Shown here in pieces: positions 27,445-42,675 of a stretch of 64,000 nt of DNA (position 1 is its first letter; each line of letters opens with the position of its first letter). Source of the stretch: Octopus sinensis (lineage: Eukaryota); assembly GCF_006345805.1 (NCBI RefSeq), contig NC_043003.1:23870001-23934000 (forward strand), written 5' to 3'. Both the position numbers and the translations under genes were made by a program. The notes under the pieces were generated by a model, which saw nothing but the letters and a program-made list of their open reading frames with translations, had not been told where the DNA came from and ran no database searches.

Positions 27445-27965
27445 TTGTGTATTGATCAAAAAGTTCCCGGATTAGATCTGTAGCGCACGAACAAATTGCA
27501 GTACAGGGCTGCGTACACAATAGTAGCTAGCAGAGACGTTCATGAGATAGTGTACCGAGCGACAATGCAATCTTTATTTCGCAAGATATGAAAGTTGTGT
27601 TTTATGGTGACTGGTATACTGTAGTCTGCGATTTTGTCACTAATAGGAACTAATTTCACGTTAAACTTTAAAAATCTGCTCTAGAGACATTCAGCATATT
27701 TGGGTATGCTTGTGACAACTTGCAAATGGGTCGTACGCAATGGCTGAGTGTCATAAGCGCTGCTAAAGCAGAAGAACATCACTAGAAGACGATGAACGAT
27801 ATGGATGACCTTCCATGAGCGGAAATGTGGTATTGTGCATCGCAAATTTGTCCCCCAGGTTTAGAGCGTCTATCGAGAGTTATACTGCGACGTTTTAAAG
27901 CGAGTGAGGACATTCGGCGAAAGCGACCTGATCTATGGAGCGCGAAAATTGGTTTCTTCATCAAG
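27445..27965 (+). mobile_element. Internally deleted mariner relic
   Basis: TIR-like TTGATCAAAAAGTTCCCGGA; readings MGRTQ...RRTSLEDDERYG*PS and YCDVLKR..EDIRRKRPDLWSAK are typical of mariner transposases. Confidence 0.75.
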
Positions 27966-28141
27966 CTCTCAGCACTAGTGACATTAACGCCAAATTGACA
28001 TAGGTAGCAGAAACGGCTGTTAGCAATGTCAGTGCTTTGAATTAAAAAAAGATAATAACCGATAGTAATCAATTGGTTTTTAATCAAAAATTTTCTCAAT
28101 TTTCCTACTTAATTATATATAAATAAATATATATATATATA

Positions 28142-28173
<32 letters not shown>

Positions 28174-28498
28174 GGGTGCTCAGCATGGCTCTAGTCAGCT
28201 GATTGAATCAAATAAAAGAATATATATATCGTTGCATATCAAAATATGTAAATAGATTACTATGATTGAACGAGTGCATCAAGTAAATGTGACAGAAACA
28301 TCCAAGATTAATCGGAAATTTTTCTTATATATCTCTGTTAAGATGAATTCTATATCCGATTATTATATATGCATCCAAATGCATATATATGAATATTTAT
28401 CTTATGCAAATTGGTCAGCATTGCCACATACATGTAGACTGGGAAACGAGGTAGAACCAAACAGTATAGTGTTAACTATTGAAAGACAGGGTATGGAA

Positions 28499-28530
<32 letters not shown>

Positions 28531-28699
28531 GGGAGAGGCAAACAAAGCGAGCGAGAGCGAGAGAGGGAGGAGGAGGAAGATATATGGTGGAAGTGTGTTC
28601 TTTATTATATTTTTCTTCTCTATTCAAGTTCTCATTTACAACAGCCTGAATTGTGTGTGCTTTTGTAATGTCCGTGCCTGCTGGGGTTGTGTATGAACG

Positions 28700-28789
<90 letters not shown>

Positions 28790-28861
28790 TGCATATATAA
28801 GCATATACATACGTAACTACATATGCATACGCACACATATATGTGTATATATATACATACA

Positions 28862-28907
<46 letters not shown>

Positions 28908-28989
28908 CGTAATATAATATATATAATGAATAATATATACATATATATATCTGTATACAAATGTATGTGTATATATGTATACATATATG

Positions 28990-29024
<35 letters not shown>

Positions 29025-29397
29025 GTGTACGGATATGTGCTTGTCTATGTAATTTGTAAATTTACATACAAGTCTGTGTGTATGTATGTGATTGTGTGTG
29101 TATGCGTGTCTGTGAGTGTGAGTACGTGTATTCTCGGCGTGTTCTTAAGCCTGCTAGACTTTGTAGTTTATCCTGCTTAAATAGCCATATTTTACATAAA
29201 TATGCTAATAAATATCTACTACACTCGTTTGTGTATAGCGTTCGCACATAAAGAGACACAACCAGCCAAATATACATTGGCACACACACTTACTCACACA
29301 TGGAGACTCACAGACACTCTCCCACATACGGAATTTCATAATCGGAAATATACCTGTACGCATAAGTATAGATATATGTTGTGGTCTGTATGTATAT

Positions 29398-29464
<67 letters not shown>

Positions 29465-29934
29465 ATGTGAGTATGTGTGTGGTTGTGTGTGTTGATATAT
29501 ATATATATTATATATATATGTGTATGTGTGTATGTATATACGTATGTATGTATATGTAGTATGTTATGTATGTATGTATGTATGTATGTATGTATGTATG
29601 TATGTATGTATGTATGTATGTATGTATGTATGTCCGTGTGTGTGAGTGTCTGTAGTAGTTTGTAGTCTGTAGCTAAAGTAGTTGAATGATCTATCCTGCA
29701 GAAAATGTGGTAGAGTAATCTCCCTTTAATAAATTTCTGTAATCATCTACGTCATCATAAGAAGTAATTATTAATTATTCAAAAAGTTTCGCGTTCCTCT
29801 TGGAAGTTTCTAGAATGCTCTTTACTTCTTAGTTGACTAGACTCTGAGCCATTCACGTCGATGTTATGCCTGTCTATTTCTCTACGCCACATGACGGAAA
29901 ACCATTTAGCCCTATACAAGGACAGATCAATAAG

Positions 29935-30200
29935 TATGCTGATTGTTGCCATAGTAACAAAGCTAAAACACACAGAGTAAAGCCGCTTGACACAGATAGA
30001 CGGTGAACTCTGTTGTACATGCACACTAAGTTTTAACATTCTATCTCACTTCCGTTGTTTACAGCAGTGCTTCAAATGAACGTGTGTAGCGTGTGCTCGT
30101 CGGATTGACCATGTCAGTGACCGTTGAGCAGAGAATCTGCATCAAACTTTGCCAAAAGCTTCGTGATAGCTGCTCAGAGGCCTACGCAAAGATTTCAAAA
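29935..30200 (+). mobile_element. Mariner 5' fragment
   Basis: MSVTVEQRICIKLCQKLRDSCSEAYAKI (from 30111) matches the mariner N-terminal EQRxxIKFCxKLG motif. Confidence 0.65.
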
Positions 30201-30571
30201 TCTTCTCATCATTCTCAACAGAATCATGGACATCTTTGCCAACTGAAACCCGAGTGTCTTTTTGGTCAGCTGAAAGGTTTCACACTAACTTGGCAGACAC
30301 ATCACATACCCAAATTTTCAGTGATAATGGATTGAACTGAAATGTGTGTTACGTGGAGGCGCATGGCTTAAGAAAACACTTATATTTTTATTTATATATT
30401 TATATATGTGTGTGTTCCCAGATAGATAGATACATACATACATACATACATACCATACATACATACATACAAGCATACAAACATCCATACATGATATGTA
30501 ATATATATATGGAAATATATATGTCAATATATTTGATATAATCCACGAATGTTACTGGGTGTGTGTGTGTA

Positions 30572-30607
<36 letters not shown>

Positions 30608-30636
30608 CGCGCGCGTGTGTGCATATTTACATTTAT

Positions 30637-30852
30637 ACCAGGGGTACGGAAATGTCCTCAGCTTTGAGTAAAAGGAAATACAGGATGATCAGTTGATTAA
30701 TGATTTTATTCAACATAATCCTCTCTTAGATTCATAAACTTATTGCAGTGGTTCTTCAGTTCTTCTAACCATTGCAAAACGACTTGGAAGTGTTGATCTC
30801 CGACCAGTCCTTTCGGAATACCTTAAAACCAGGGCCTTTTCAGCCTCCCCTA
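30637..30852. mobile_element. Mariner-type MITE, copy 2
   Basis: Colinear with 21340-21543; degenerate TIRs flanked by TA. Confidence 0.65.
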
Positions 30853-30882
30853 TTATATATATATATATATATATAATATATA

Positions 30883-30937
<55 letters not shown>

Positions 30938-31180
30938 GATACATGCATATATGGGTACAGGGCATTACAAACGGGAAAAACGAGTGAAATACGTAAACAA
31001 CGATAGAGGTAAAATGATGCAAAACTGGACAAGTAAACACAGGGAGATGACCCTTTACGAATTATCGGCTATCTATCTACTCCTCATTTCGAGCATTTAA
31101 CGACAATATGAATCTCCAAAGACAGTCGATTCCATAAATTGTAAAATAAAATTCAGGATTTATGGAGGGTCAAAGTTGTG

Positions 31181-31223
<43 letters not shown>

Positions 31224-31248
31224 CAAAAATTATCAATTGATAATTAAG

Positions 31249-31572
31249 GGTGCTAACAGGTAGTACCCGCATGCTAAATATAGTAGTCAAAATGACCAAA
31301 CCACAAGTTTTCACTTAAGCAGAAAGGTGAAAGAGTGCAAATGAATAAAAATACTAAGACCCTGTACCAATGACGAAAATAATCGAAAATTTTAAAAGTC
31401 AGACATACCCGTATCACTGTGATTTCGAACTTTGAGAAATAGTCTCACTTCATCCTCCACGAGTCTTTAGTTTTTATTCATTTGCACGCTTTTACCTTTG
31501 TGTTTAAATGAAAATTTCTCGTTTGGCCATTTTGACTTCTATATTTAGCATGCCGTACTGCCTGTTAGTACT
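31249..31572. repeat. Long imperfect inverted repeat (~110-bp arms, ~100-bp spacer)
   Basis: GTGCTAACAGGTAGTAC..GCATGCTAAATATAG.AGTCAAAATGACCAAAC...GTGCAAATGAATAAAAA versus its reverse complement at 31461-31572. Confidence 0.85.
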
Positions 31573-32772
31573 GTTAAACCCTCTTTCTTCCCTTCTTAAC
31601 TGAGCGTCCAATAATACTTTATTTGTTCCACGTCCTCCGTTTGTTGTTTTTTTGTTTTTTGTGTTTTCTTGTTTGGATTAACTATATATATATATATACA
31701 TATATATACACATATACACATCTGAGTGTGTTTGTAAGTATATGTGTCATATCATATGCAGTTTAAAATACACTGTTTTATTGTTCTTCAAACACTTGCC
31801 GCTGTCAATTACGTATTCCAAGTTATTTTTGTTTGTTATAAATACGTGCGTTTGTGTTCGTGCATGCATGTACATGTTCTTTTTGTGTATACACAATCAC
31901 ATAAAACATGGCGTCCTTTCTGGAAGACAAATTAGCAGTGCACTTTCGTTGACAACTTCCTTGATAAGGCGTACAAACATACTCTATAACAGTTGCTATA
32001 TTGTAAGAATATGAATAAGCAAATTTTACAAAAGTGTCTGTATTCAGTATTCTGTTCTTCGAGAAATTTTTACTAAAACAACCAACATATTTAAACCTTG
32101 CACGTATTACACCCAGTCCATCGAAAGATAGAGTTTCAATAGTGACACGTGACCCCGAGAAATATCAATTAAATATCTCTAAATTAAAAACCTATTATCT
32201 TAGAAAGGAACTCTTAAATATTTTACTCAAAGATACATAAAAACTGTAACAAAATATGAGGCTTAGTTACGTTTCTATAACTTTTATTCATAGGACATCT
32301 TAACTCGAACGTAATGAAAACGTAAAACTCCAATAAATATATATTTCATCACGCTTTGCTGTTCACAAACAGTTAAACAACAAGTATCTCATATACACAG
32401 ACAAGTATGCATACATACACGTTTGTATGTATGTATGTATGTATGTATGTATGTATGTACGTATGTATAGACAAGAATTCATATCAAACTAGTACTAGAT
32501 GCTGCCAACTACCTAGAACTCACAAGAGTAAAAAAAAAGGGAGAAAGAGAGAGAGAGACAGAAAAAAAGGAAAATATCCCTTGCATTTGGAAACTATGAA
32601 AATATTAAAAATAATATTTCATTTAATTTTTCCACAATATAATTTTTTCCCACGTTTTACTGTAAGTTGAAGAAGTCGCAAAAGTTGAAACCGGTACTAA
32701 AATGTTCTTTATGATAAAATTATTTTAACATTTTCTACCTTGTCTTATTCTCCTCATATATATATATATATC

Positions 32773-32805
<33 letters not shown>

Positions 32806-32905
32806 CACACACACAAATATATGCATATATATACATACACAAATATACATGCATACATTCATACACACATACACACACACACATATGTATATATATATCT
32901 ATATG

Positions 32906-32962
<57 letters not shown>

Positions 32963-33544
32963 CATATAATGACTGTAGTAAACAAGAGAGTTTATCTTAT
33001 ATCTAGAGCTATTTCACCACATCTGTCGCGTAACTATAGTAACAATATGATAGCGGAAACGAATACGTTATCGCAATAATTGTAACAATACTCAACGTCA
33101 GCAACTTCGGATATATTATGACAATTTATTCACCGATGTCTTACAATATTTTATAAAAGATACCTTGAAGACAAAATTCAAGGTATATATTGATATTGCT
33201 AATTATACAACAGTAACAAATATATTCCTTTAGCGGTGTCAAAGGCAGGTGCAACTTACTTCAATTAATAGTCCGAGACAAAGAAAAGTCTACTGCTGCA
33301 CTATAGTGAAATATGGATATATGTGTGTGTGGTTGTTTGTCGGAGTGTATGTGTGTGTGCGTGTGTGTGTGTGTGTGTGTGTATGCATGTATGTGTTCAT
33401 ATATACATACATATATACATGCACACACATTTTGATACCATTTAGCAGCGAGAGGATGGCGCCAATTTTTTCGAATCCTGAAAACGTGGATTAGATAGAT
33501 AATATCATACCTAATACATATATATATATATTCTTTTAGTCTTG

Positions 33545-33743
33545 CTTTGTCTCTACGTTCCATTCACCTGACTACAGCCATGCTGGAGCACCATCTTAGA
33601 AGGTTCTAGTCGAAGACATCGACCCTTAGAAGGTTTTGGCCGAAGAAATCGACTAGCATCAGTTGTCAAATGATGGTGGGGGTGAGGAGAAACGCATACA
33701 CAAACAAACGCACACATAAAGATATACAAATATATATATATAT

Positions 33744-33785
<42 letters not shown>

Positions 33786-33950
33786 CATACGACAGGCTTC
33801 TTTCGGTTTCCGTCTAGCATGTGCACTCACGGCTGTGGTTGGTCCGAGGTTATAGCAGAAGACACTTGCTGAATGCGCCAAGCAGTGGGTCTGAAAACTC
33901 GACTAAGTGGTTTGGAAACAAGTTTCCCTCCACACAGCCATGCCTGCACC
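33545..33950 (-). mobile_element. SINE family A (old, diverged)
   Basis: GCCATGCTGGAGCACCA tail; ACGACAGGCTTCTTTCGGTTTCCGTCTA...GCAGAAGACACTTG...CACACAGCCATGCCTGCACC head. Confidence 0.75.
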
Positions 33951-34319
33951 TATCCACACAGCTTCGCCCGTGACTATCCACATAACTACGCCTGTTTCAG
34001 TCACTAGACTGCGACAATTCTGGTGCAATGCCTTGAAGAGTTTTGGTCGAAAAAATCTAGTGCATTTAAAAAAAAAGCCTGGTAAAAATTCTATATATTT
34101 TTCTTTTTTGGCGAACTGGCAAAATTATATATATATACATATATATGTGTATATATTTAAAGAACTGAATTGGATTTTAAATGTTCGTAACACCTGTTTC
34201 GAGAGCGCTTTTTCGTTGATGAATAGACCGATTACCGCTTTCATTAGGTGAGTTTAAACTTGAGTAGGAAGAGATTGCGAGTGATCCGCTTGTTACTCAT
34301 CGTCTAAGGGAGTATATAC

Positions 34320-34381
<62 letters not shown>

Positions 34382-35061
34382 CGATGGAATAGTTTTGAAA
34401 TAAAGTATTACTGTTGGTTCGTTCGATTACTCACTTCTTAACCCCGTACCTGAGAATGGCTGCAAACCAAAGAATGAAACGTGCATAATAAAAGTCATTT
34501 AAATATATATATACTTGCGCATATGTTTGGTGACTGTGTATGATTTGTATAATTTAAAGAAGAATTAAGAACGATATTGTGATACACATAAGTACATGCG
34601 CACACCGAGATACGCATGCAAACACATTATAACATACACATATACATAGGCGCACATAAATTATTCTGTTTTCCGATTATTTCTATGGCATCATGAATCG
34701 ACCATTATTTACTCAATAAACAAAGCCGTAATTTTACAGCTAAAAAATATTCGTCCAACAAATGAAATACTGTATTAATTTATAATCTATTTTCCGTTAT
34801 ATCAGTTGTTTGTTTTCTCTTTTCGGTAATTGAAAACGTAAAATTTTAATTTTGTCTCCATACTTGAATATCAAATCCCTATGCCAAACGTAATTTCCTA
34901 ACAAAAGCTAAGTAGACTTTTAATAACTCTATCGAAGCTAGGCTCTTAGTGAGCATATATATTTTCTGCGATTCAATGGAAGGATAAATTTATATTATGA
35001 TAAAATGTTTCTAAATTGTTTCAATAAAAACAGCGTGTTACGTATTCATTCGGTATGTATG

Positions 35062-35120
<59 letters not shown>

Positions 35121-35299
35121 GTATGGATGGATGGATGGATGGATGTATGTATACCTGTATGTACTCACTTACCCGCACGCACACACCTACACATACTGGC
35201 GCACACACACACTTATATGTATATACACAAACATAAATATAAACATCTCTATAGTTTTAATAATTGCTTTTATATGTATGTAAATACTACATGTCGTAC

Positions 35300-35352
<53 letters not shown>

Positions 35353-35532
35353 GTATGTATGTATGTATATATGTATGTATGTATGTATGTAGATATCAAA
35401 ACAAGCAATAAGGATATCCTGAGGTAATGCAGTACAATCGTTTCATGCAACTCTATTTAATTGAACAATGCAATCATTGCATCAATATAAAATGCGGAGA
35501 AATCTTCAGCTGCATAAAGAAATACACACACA

Positions 35533-35587
<55 letters not shown>

Positions 35588-35889
35588 CTGGATGACCAAA
35601 AGTACATTTACAGTTATTCAATCTCATTCGTATTCCTATATTAACAGTTTAGATCTTAAATATAAAAAATATGAAACCATTATTCTATGGTAATTTAGTT
35701 AATTGTAAGATAGAAATTTAAACGTAATAAAATGTTTTAAAAGAAATTTAAAGTACGTCGGTGATACCTGTAAACCTACTTTTCGACCACCCTTTATATA
35801 TATATGTATATTCGGAGGAGAGAGTGTTTCATTAACATCAAACAGTCACTCTTTTCAGCTTAGTACGTGTATGTATGTATGTACGTATA

Positions 35890-36294
35890 CTCTTTACTCT
35901 TTTACTCTTTTACTTGTTTCAGTCATTTGACTGCGGCCATGCTGGAGCACCGCCTTTAGTGGAGCAACTCGACCCCGGGACTTATTCTTTTTGTAAGCCC
36001 AGTACTTATTCTATCGGTCTCTTTTTGCCGTACCGCTAAGTGACGGGGACGTAAACACACCAGCATCGGTTGTCAAGCAATGCTAGGGGAACAAACACAG
36101 ACACACAAACACACACACATACATATATATACGACAGGCTTCTTTCAGTTTCCGTCTACCAAATCCACTCACAAGGCATTGGTCGGCCCGAGGCTATAGC
36201 AGAAGACACTTGCCCAAGATGCCACGCAGTGGGACTGAACCCGGAACCATGTGGTTGGTTAGCAAGCTACTTACCACACAGCCACCCCTGCGCC
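35890..36294 (-). mobile_element. SINE family A, best-preserved copy
   Basis: Minus strand GGCGCAGGGGTGGCTGTGTGG...CCGGGTTCAGTCCC (A/B boxes) ... GGCGGTGCTCCAGCATGGCCGCAGTCAAATGACTGAAAC(AAGTAAAAGAGTAAAAGAG); inserted in a (TATG)n tract. Confidence 0.92.
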
Positions 36295-39033
36295 ATACAT
36301 ACGTATGTATGTATGTATGTATGTATATTTGTAAGCCTCTATGTTTGTTCTCTTCTACTTTTAAATATTTAATTTTTTCTCTGATACAAAGCTTTGCCGT
36401 TAGAAGGTAGACAACATAAACAATTTTATACTTTAAGCCTGAGAAAAGTCTTGCATATCTTTACTATCACACCTCCAAATTGTATGTGTTCGTACAGCGC
36501 GAGGTTTTTGATTGATTTCTTTTTCTAAAAATCCCTAGTTAATCTAGGTTACCGTAGCTTACCCAGATTATGATTCAGACACTCATAAAACCAAGTGCAC
36601 CAATTATTATTTCCATAAACGTGAATGCATAATCTGGATGTAGAATATGCAGGTTTCGAAGTGGTTGTGTATGCTCATTTTCTTCCTCTTCGATTTTCTT
36701 AGAAATATTCATATCACCGAGATAGTTGGTCTCTATGACGGCACATACTTTTTCTTATTCTTTCCTAAACTACAATATCCATCCTGTTGTGTTTACATTT
36801 AACAAAAGTTTTGATGGGAATGTTGTACCAGTATTCCTTATTTTGATATTTGTATATGCATTCAATAAGAAGAGGTTTCCCTATGTGTATACCTGGACAG
36901 TGTGGATGTATGTACGTATATATGTTTGTATGTTTGCATGTACAGGTAATTGAAGTTGACTCATTTTCCGCAATGCTCTTAACTTTTGCACATCTTTTTC
37001 CGCGGTGCATTTCTTTCGTTTAGAGTCCATGAAAATAAGTACTGGTTGAGGAATGGATCCGATGTAATCGATCTCATCTCCTCTGGCTTATTGTGATTAA
37101 TTGAAAAGTATTTCCACTATTCAAAAAAGAACTAAACCAATATATCTACAAGCTCTAGTTTGTTGAGCGACCTAACATATTACCAATACTATAGGACACA
37201 TTAACAAATTATATTTTTCATTTATGTTTTAAAACAGGAAGTTTTATACAAATCAACTCAACTAATGTGGACTAAACGGTAGAATACACGGTAAAAAAAA
37301 AGACAACAGCAGTTATTTGTGTTTACTGACAAAATATGAATCATTAAATTTACTTTACTCTCTACATTCATTTTGTGGTTCGCTAAAACTGTGTCAATGC
37401 TTTGTTTTACTAAATATTGTCCCCTTTTTGTTATCATATATCTATTTGAATACACTTTGTGTTATTCAGTCAATTTGGAAAATGATGAAGAAATTGGTGA
37501 AAAAACTTTGTTAAGCTGGGATTTGCTACTTAAATTTCGACGAAATTTTGCTGAAAGGCTTTAATTTAGATCACTTTCCAAGCAGGAAGCTTGTGTTAAA
37601 TAACCAGCAGCAGTCTCAGGTGGATTTGTATCAAACGGGGTTATATTCTAGTCACTTGAGCAATAAATTTTCCTTGAATCTCAGGCTTGTTTCATACACA
37701 GAACACATCATCGCAACATATTTTACAGAATACATTGAAACATATCAGTATATGTTAACTTTAAAATACGAATTGAGCAAGCGATAATGTAGTCACATTT
37801 TTCCGTATGAGATGTTTAGTTTACTTTCTGTTGAACACAAAATTAAGCAGATTAATAAAAGAAAATAATTAAATTCTCTTAAATCAAATTATAATTTCTT
37901 ATTGGAATAAAGTATATTAAAATTCACGTGTGTGCATAATAAATTTCACTTAAAACTAATATTGTTCGAGTTAATACATATTGAAACAGTATATAATTTT
38001 AGACAACTTAATTTGATTTCAGTCTCTTTTCTTTAAACTGTTCTCCAAAAGCGGCAACAGTATTCGCATTTTTGACCAGTAAATTGTCTGGAATTTCCAA
38101 TTCTGAGTTACGATTTGTCACCCCTTCGAGGACCGAGTGAATATTTGATACTGTAAATTGGGAGAAAATAAATAAAAATACACAAGTGAAAGTTTAATGG
38201 CTACAAAACCAAGGCAACAGACATAGTCTTGAATATCTGACATCCTTACAACACTGTGTAAGCATTGTAACAGTGTTGTCGTTGCAAGCTTTTGATTTAT
38301 AATTGCACACCGATCAGGAAATAGAAAGTTTAATGGTTGTTAATCACATAGTACAACAATACTGTTCTATTTTCTTCGACAGTATAGCGTAATGAAGACT
38401 CAAACTTTTCAAATAAATAAAATTAAAGAATGACTATCGTGTGAGCCAACGTAATAAAGACAATAGATACGTCGTTATATTAGAACTAAGGCGATGGCAC
38501 CTCTATATCATAATGGCAGGCGAAGAACCTAATTACTACTTTACAGTTGGCGTCATAGTGACAAAACAGGATGTCTTAATTTTCTATATTCATACACAGT
38601 GGCTGCTTTGAGTTATAACACGCCGAATTGCATATAATATATAAAATACTTTGTTTCTGTATTAAACGAGTAATAGACAATTTCAATCGAAAACAAGTCT
38701 TAAGTTCACGGCACACACACACACTAAATACACGCACGAACGCATACACTCACACATACGTGTGTGTGTCTGAATGTCTGTCTGTTATATTCGTGTAACA
38801 TCGTCTGTTTTTCTGTCCTTGTTTCGTATACATTCGATCCTTTTTCCAAGAAATCTAATGCTCGTAGCTTAGTTTTTCCTTGGGGCTGGCCAGATTGGAG
38901 CAATCACAAGATTAATCAGTCGAAATTGCGAGGATGATCCGGTTCTTGACTGAAGATTAGAGGCTTCGAATGACCCGTCCATGTTTTTGTATCGTCTATT
39001 TGAATGTTTTGCGTTCTTGTCCCATTTTGTATT

Positions 39034-39064
<31 letters not shown>

Positions 39065-39270
39065 ATATATGTAGGTATGTATGTATGTGTATGAAATTCT
39101 GAATTATGTTCACAGACTCCCAGTACAACCATTGCGGATCACCGAGGGTTTGCGGACCCGAGGTTGGGAACCGCTGATGTATGAAGATAGTTATTTTAAA
39201 TTGCACCATGACTTTATGGACACCCCGTAAGTGTGTGGGGGTGTATCAGTGCGTGCGTGCGCGCGTCATT

Positions 39271-39317
<47 letters not shown>

Positions 39318-39473
39318 GGGACTATAACTCCAAACTTACAGGGAAAAATTCAATTTAGTATTAAATCAAATTTCACAATATAAATATATAATATATACAT
39401 GCATACACACATAGGTACATGTATATATATATATATCTATATATGTATACATATATATATATATAATATATAT

Positions 39474-39533
<60 letters not shown>

Positions 39534-40094
39534 TGGTGTGTATGTGCGTGCGTGTGTGTACATATATACGTATAAGTTGTATGCAAATATATATCTATCA
39601 ATATGTGTATATTTATATGTGCACATGTGTGTGTGTGTTCCTGTGTATATATGCGTATGCGTTTGTATTCTAATGTGAAAGTTATAAAATACATTAGAAA
39701 TGTTTTTTTATATAGTGTAAATAATCCTAAAGAGCACAACTTAGTGGCGAAAGCAGAAGTAGACTGTTGACGTTTGTCACAATAAACACAGACAAACGCT
39801 CGCGCACAGACACATTCACACACACATACTCATACTCACATTGGTACACACACTTGTACACACACTCGTACACACAGACATCATTCTTTCATTTCATAGT
39901 GCAATGTTACACATTGTCTTGAATATTGCTCGGTCTTGATATACACCGCCTTCTTTGTCATGCGCTATAAAATCTACTACAGTTAGTCCTTCGTTCACAA
40001 TTGTGTTTTTCTTAACCCTTTGGCATTCAAATTTTTCTTTCAATACTCATAATACGCATTCACTTACATTGTTTTTAATTAATCATACATTAAT

Positions 40095-40387
40095 TTGTTG
40101 TTTGTTCCTCCTCGAGACACGCCTGGATCTTAAGCGCCGGTTTCCCGGTTTCCTTGACGTATAGGTTCCCCACCTGGATGGGATGCCTGTCCGTCGCAGT
40201 TGAGCTGGTGAGAGAAAGTTGTGGCGAAAGAGCCAGCAGAGGTTCGCTATTACCTTCTGCCGGAGCCGCGTGGAGCTTAGGTGTTTCGCTCGTAAATACA
40301 AACATCGCCCGCTCTGATCTGATGTTCGAACCTGCGATCCCTCCACTGCGAGTCCGCTGCTCTAACCACTAGGCCATGTGCCTCCAC
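40095..40387 (-). mobile_element. tRNA-derived SINE family C (V-domain-like segment)
   Basis: A box TGGCCTAGTGG, B box GGTTCGAAC, segment CTGCGACGGACAGGCATCCCATCCAGG, (AAC)-rich tail. Confidence 0.8.
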
Positions 40388-41765
40388 TGCATTAATTTGT
40401 AGCTTCAAGATTTTGACAATGTGATTGTCTACATTTAGAGGGACATTGTGTATGTGTAAGAAGCCAAATCCGGCTGTTTAGAACATAAAACAAGAAGATT
40501 CGGACGTAATATGGCCTTTTTAAATTTTGAAAGGATTCTCCACAAGTGTTTGTGAAGTAAAACGTGCTACTGGTTTGTGGCAAGTGTAACAAATTTATCT
40601 GAACTTTTTTTCCCCTATTTCCGGTTGATGATTGTTATCCAAATTTCTAATGTCATTGATCCCCTTTAGCCAACCAATACAGGGAAATCTCCTTTGGTAG
40701 TCATTCATGAATGTATGCACCTTCCTACGTGTGGTCTTCGTAATGCCCATAATTCTTCCATACAATTCCGATTAGTGTAGAAGACCTGCTGGTAACGTGC
40801 ATGTACTTCCACAATCACATCAAGAATCTTCTTTCTTTCTTTTTTCTATATTGTCGTGTTTATTTTTCTTTCTGCCCATGGCATTTTAATATCTAAATAT
40901 TAATGAAGTTCTAAGAATAGCCTATGTTATTTTCTCTGAATAAAATTAAATTATAATGCTATATTTTTGTATTTATTTGCACTGAATGATTCAATTTATT
41001 CGTGTATACGTGAGTGTGTGTGTGTATATGTATATACCTCTCTCCATCTACCTATTTATCTCTCTCACTCTCAGTCTTACTATATATTTATATATATATG
41101 GGTGTGCGTGTGTACATACACACATACTTATAAACATATATATATATATACAGAGCTAGAGGTAGATATATAGATCTACATATATACATATATATATACA
41201 TATGCTTAAAATATAGAGGCATATAAATATATATATATATATAAATACATACATATATATGTATATAAACACATATATATATATATATATATATGTATAT
41301 AAATACATATATATATGTATATATATATAAACATGTATGTATATATGTATGTATGTACAATAACCAAGCATTTCCGTTATACAAAGATTATTTTTACAGC
41401 AGAAACAATTAAGTACATACATTTTCGGTTTTGTTTCCGATTGCAGTATAGTCCTAATAAAATTTTGCCAATATCATTGTTCAAGTTTTGTTTGACAATT
41501 GAAGTGAAACTCAGTGGAACCAAATGTGAATATATGGCTAAAAATATATATTCTAATACTCTGCTAACAGTAGATGTTCATGTATTTGCAATACACACAC
41601 ATACACAAAGGCAAATATATAGATATGTGTGATTTCATATGTAAGTAGGTATATATGCATGTACACACACACACACATGCACACACACACAGACAAGTAT
41701 ACACACAAGCACATACACACACACACTAACACACATATATCTGGCAAGTAAGTAAACAGGTTCAG

Positions 41766-42062
41766 CCGTAGCTCTGTGGTGCTTGCTTCCAAACTATATT
41801 GTTCCAGGTTCAGTCCTTCTTCGCGACAACTTGAGCAAGTTTCTTCTACTATAGCTTCCAGTCGGCCAGAGCTTTGTGAGTGGATTTCGTAGAGGGAAAC
41901 TGAAAGAAGCCCTTCATATATATATTTATATATCGATTTGTGTGTGTGTCTTTGGGTCTGTGTTTTTATCCCGCACTACATGACAACCGGTACTGGTGGG
42001 GTTCGGCAAAGGATTCGATAGAATAAGTGGCAGGCTGTAGAAAATAATAAGTACTGGGTGTA
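41766..42062 (+). mobile_element. SINE family A (diverged)
   Basis: GCTCTGTGG...GGTTCAGTCC...TCTTCTACTATAGC...GTGAGTGGATTTCGTAGAGGGAAACTGAAAGAAGCCC. Confidence 0.75.
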
Positions 42063-42247
42063 CGTGTTTGTAGACATACATACATACATACATACATGCA
42101 TACATACATATATGCATGCATACATACATACATATATACATACATGTATATCTATATGTATACATAGAAAACAAACCATATTTTCAAACGGAATGTAGTA
42201 ACTTGAACGTATTGAACATATATAGCGTGATTATACGTGCATGTGTG

Positions 42248-42278
<31 letters not shown>

Positions 42279-42675
42279 AGTGCCTTGTACTCTCACCCGA
42301 CTATATAGTCTTCGAGTTTAGAAACAAATATAATATCAACAGAAAATTTCCAGTTTCTACATATCCAACATATAATCGGTGTTATAAAGCCATATTAATG
42401 TGAAGAGTAGTACATGCAAAATTAAAGAGCTAAATACTGTGTATATTTGAAATTAGAACAAGTCGTTTTGTGTTTGGTGGCAGGTGATCTTTGAAATATA
42501 ATTCGGAATGAGTAATGTGTTAAAAGAAATGTCTGTGAGGAATTATATTTCTGAATATACAAGTATACACGTATATCAATATTTTATTAATTATTTTATA
42601 TCTCATGATGACGGATATCCTCAACACTACATGGCACAGTGTGTGCGTGGTTATATATATATATATATATATATA

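Noticed and set aside
37221-37285. Possible micro-exon (ttttaaaacag|...|gtagaa); similar acceptor-like sites at 11278 and 55641
   Set aside because: Such signals are common by chance in AT-rich DNA; no recognisable peptide, and RNA-seq would be needed.
39121-39229. Isolated hAT-like (CAGCGGTTCCCAACC) and Tc1-like TIR ends on the minus strand
   Set aside because: No matching partner ends found, so element boundaries cannot be supported.
40300-40387. tRNA gene (also 42676-42745)
   Set aside because: A and B boxes are present but there is no complete cloverleaf, and each continues into a SINE body and tail.
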